A DNA stretch of 64,000 nucleotides, taken from assembly GCA_030390025.1 (NCBI GenBank), contig CM059429.1, forward strand, positions 32,736,001 to 32,800,000, in the 5' to 3' direction. Under the pieces are notes generated by a model. The model searched no databases. It was not told the origin of the DNA and saw nothing but the letters and a program-made list of their open reading frames with translations. Of the stretch, positions 61,105 to 64,000 are shown one piece after another (the first letter of the stretch is position 1; every line of letters begins with the position of its first letter). The position numbers were made by a program, and so were the translations under genes. The stretch is from Squalus acanthias. Its lineage: Eukaryota.

Positions 61105-63012
61105 ATGTCTCAACATGGCAGAGAAAGGGCACCTCGGTTCTCCGATGCAGCACTGGAGGCCTTAGTGCAGGGTGTCTATAGGAGGAGACAGGTCCTCTAC
61201 CTGCAGGAGCACAGGAGACCTTCCAGACACACCATTAGAAGGCAATGGGAGGAGATCTCTGAAGTCGTCAATGACACCAGTCTTTCCCTCAGGACATGGA
61301 TCCAGTACCGGAAGAAATTTAATGACTTCACACAAGTGGTCAAGGTGAGTGAATGCATCTTCAAATGCCATAGCCCACCAACTGCACTACTAGCCTCACA
61401 CACTGCTCAATGCACCACACCCCCATCACTCTTCTACCAACAATCTCTAGCAATCACGACTCATACCTCACAATCATAGCTTCACTTCACCCTCACACAC
61501 TTACCACTGCTGCAAACCTCACATTCACATCTCACACCATGCACACAATGCCAGCTATTCAACCATGATATGCACATCACCCAAACACATTGCACCACAC
61601 TCACTGACACACTTCCCTTTCTCTTGCAGGCCAAGGTGGCTCACAACCGCCGTGAGCGGGAACAAACAGGCGGGGGGGCAGGCACAGCTGCAAAAACCTG
61701 ACCCAGCTGGAGGAGACAGTGCTGGATATAATTGGAGGAGCCGTCACTGAGGCCGTGGCGATCAGCGAGGCTGAAAGCATTGATGATCTCAGTTTGCTCA
61801 TAATCCTTCTTCTCACAACCCACTTCCCCATCATCCCACAATCTCTTCTCACTTACAAGCTGCTGATTGTGTAAGCATGCAAATCTTGCATCCCCCCCCA
61901 CCCCCTCACCGCAATCCGACCCTTGTGCCTTTCTCCTTTCAGATACCCAAGAATTGCCAGCAGCCCAGCCAGTCCACGAACAACTACAGAAAGAGAGTGA
62001 TGGAGAAGAAGAGGAACCGTCACTCGATCTGACACTCCCAGGTACCAGCTCAGAAAATGGCACTGCGCAAACTTTAGAGAATAGTATAGAGGCGGGATCT
62101 GCACGTGGTGAGTCTCCGGGCACAAGTGGGCTGCAGCCAGGCCAGGGGAAAGGGTAGCGTAGGTGCCAGCTCCCCGGAGGACAAGGTCACACATGAGTTT
62201 TGCTGCACACGACTCAGATGAGGACTTTGATGGGGAGACCTTCAGAAGAAGGATGATGGGCATGCACACAGAAATAGGTCTGCCAGAAAGCCTCTTGTCA
62301 CTGTCAAGAAGCATGGAGGGGTCTGTTTCCAACATTGCATGGAGCTTTGTACAGAGCTTGGAGCCCGGAGCCCATGATTTCCAGGATGGAAGTGATGGGA
62401 AACTCCATTAGAACACTTGTGGACTCAACCATGATGCTGGGTGTGATGGGCGATGTCGCAGCTTCCATTGCAACACAAGCGAAAGCGACCCAACGTCTGG
62501 GTGCTGCAGTGGAAGCTCAGACTTCTAACATGCAGGCTCAGCTTGCTGCCACGCAAGATCAGACTTTTGCCATCGTGGCTGGGTTTACGAATGTGGAAAG
62601 GGACTTACAGGATCTCGCAACAGTCCAGTAATCTGTCCTCCAACAGATTACTAGGGATGCTGAGGTGCTGCCCCAGGGAAGTGGCAGTGGCTCCGTGGAG
62701 CAAGAACTCTCTCAGGATGACAGCATTCATACTTCCACCACTGCCACTCCGCCAGTGCCATTGCAGTTGCCTGTCAGCCAGCCAGCCTAGACTGCTGCCA
62801 CTCACACCAAGGTGGTATAGCCTATAGCTGAGCCTTCTCAGCCCAGAGCTGCTCACGGTCGTCCTGCAAGGCCATCTGCAGTCTCCCCCATTGAAAGTCA
62901 GCAGACTATCACCAGCCATACTGCAGCCACTGGGGTAGCACTGCGTAGGAGCACTAGAATAGGCAAAGGGACACGAAAGACAGACACTGAGGGAATGCAC
63001 AAGGGTGATTAG
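61105..63012 (+). pseudogene. Harbinger Myb/SANT-like DNA-binding protein pseudogene (3 exons)
   Basis: Exon 1 61105-61344 (RAPRFSDAALEALV...WEEIS...RTWIQYRKKFND, then GTGAGT). Exon 2 from 61630 (AKVAHNRREREQTGGG..LTQLEETVLDIIG, two +1 homopolymer slips). Exon 3 from 61943 to TAG at 63012 with internal stops and a frameshift. Confidence 0.85.
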
Positions 63013-63181
63013 TCGTCTTTGTAATGCAATATTGGAATTAATCATTTATAAACTATGTTTGGAATTTTTGTATTGTGGTGGCTTTCATTTCAGCATTGTG
63101 TCCAAGAGGACACTGTGATGTTCTGTGACAAAGGGATGGCAAGGTGGGGAAATGTTGAGCAACGGGTATCTGAGGTTTCAT

Positions 63182-64000
63182 TCAGAGGAACCGGAGTCTG
63201 ATGACGCACTCACGGACAGCCTGTCCAGAATGGGGATTTGCAAGCTGACTCCTCCCTTCCTCCTCCTCCTCCTCCTCCTCTTCCTCCTCCTCCACTTCCT
63301 CTTCCTCCTCCTCCTTCTCCTGAGGTGCCCGTGGAAGCTGTGGTGGCAAGGGCTGCGCCCTCATGATGGCCAAGTTGTGGCACATGCAGCAGACCACCAC
63401 GAAGTGGGACACCAGCTCTGGTGAGTAATCGAGAGCTTCTCCCGAGCGGTCAAGGCAGCGGAACCGTTGCTTGAGCACCCCGATGGTTTGCTTGATGATG
63501 TTCCTCATGGCAGCATGGCTGTCATTATATGATTGTTAGCCACGAGTGGTGGAGTTGCGGAGGGGAGTCATCAGCCCGGTGTAGAGCGAATAGCCCTTGT
63601 TGCTGAGCAGCCAGACTCGGGTTCAACGTGATGGCTGGAAGATTGCTGGCACAGCGGATTGGCGCAAGATTAAAGCATCAGGACTGCTGTCAGGATACCT
63701 GGCATTTACCATCATGATATGCTGGGCGTGGTCGGACACCTACTGCACATTAAAAGAGTGTTAACCTTTGTGGTTACGGTACATCTCAGCATTGATATGC
63801 GGCGCTCGCAAAGCCCCGTGTGTACAGTTGATGGCGCCCTGCACCATGGGGAAGCCTGATATCCTGGCAAAGCCACGTGCGCGCTCCTCCTTCTTCTCTC
63901 TGTTTAGATCTGCTGGCAAAAAAATTCAGGGCCACGGTCACCTTGAGGGCCACTGGCAGAGCCGTCATCGCTCTGCTCTGAGGCTGTAGGTCTGGTTCCA
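63182..64000 (-). pseudogene. Harbinger (HARBI1-like) DDE transposase pseudogene, C-terminal part
   Basis: KVTVALNFFAS...GFPMVQGAINCTH...NHKG*HSFNVQ*...ARYPDSSPDA...WLLSNKGY..LMTP...YNDSHAAMRNIIKQTIGVLKQRFRCL...CCMCHN. At least four stops and an apparent internal deletion. Confidence 0.92.
63247..63321. repeat. (CCT)n microsatellite encoding the poly-Glu tail of the transposase
   Basis: Directly visible. Confidence 0.85.

Larger units (their letters stand above)
60873..64000. mobile_element. Decayed autonomous-type PIF/Harbinger transposon (continues past the window end)
   Basis: TIR-like GGGGGGCTAAACTGG start, and convergent Myb/SANT and DDE transposase genes, the two-gene organisation of Harbinger. 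Confidence 0.9.

Noticed and set aside
61105-64000. Domesticated host genes HARBI1, NAIF1 or MSANTD
   Set aside because: Multiple stops and frameshifts, mutated DDE residues, and transposon-style convergent layout.

Overview
Eukaryotic, AT-rich, non-coding vertebrate DNA. The repeat families (L2 3' ends with (TTG)n tails, CR1, DeuSINE/SacSINE1-like, Penelope-type ends, Harbinger MITEs) point to a cartilaginous fish (shark); this is recognition from memory, not a database result. I could not recognise any intact host protein-coding exon, so the window is probably a large intron or intergenic region. It holds many transposon fragments: L2 and CR1 LINEs, several tRNA-headed SINE families, Tigger/pogo and possible hAT relics, PIF/Harbinger-type MITEs with 3-bp ATT target duplications, and a decayed two-gene Harbinger (Myb/SANT gene plus convergent DDE transposase) running off the right end. 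The most interesting signal is a set of Penelope-like element termini carrying minimal type I hammerhead ribozyme motifs, from two distinct families. One forms a 230-bp spacer-less palindrome (29089-29318) that places a hammerhead, an AATAAA and a consensus splice donor on both strands. Boundaries of old repeats are approximate.
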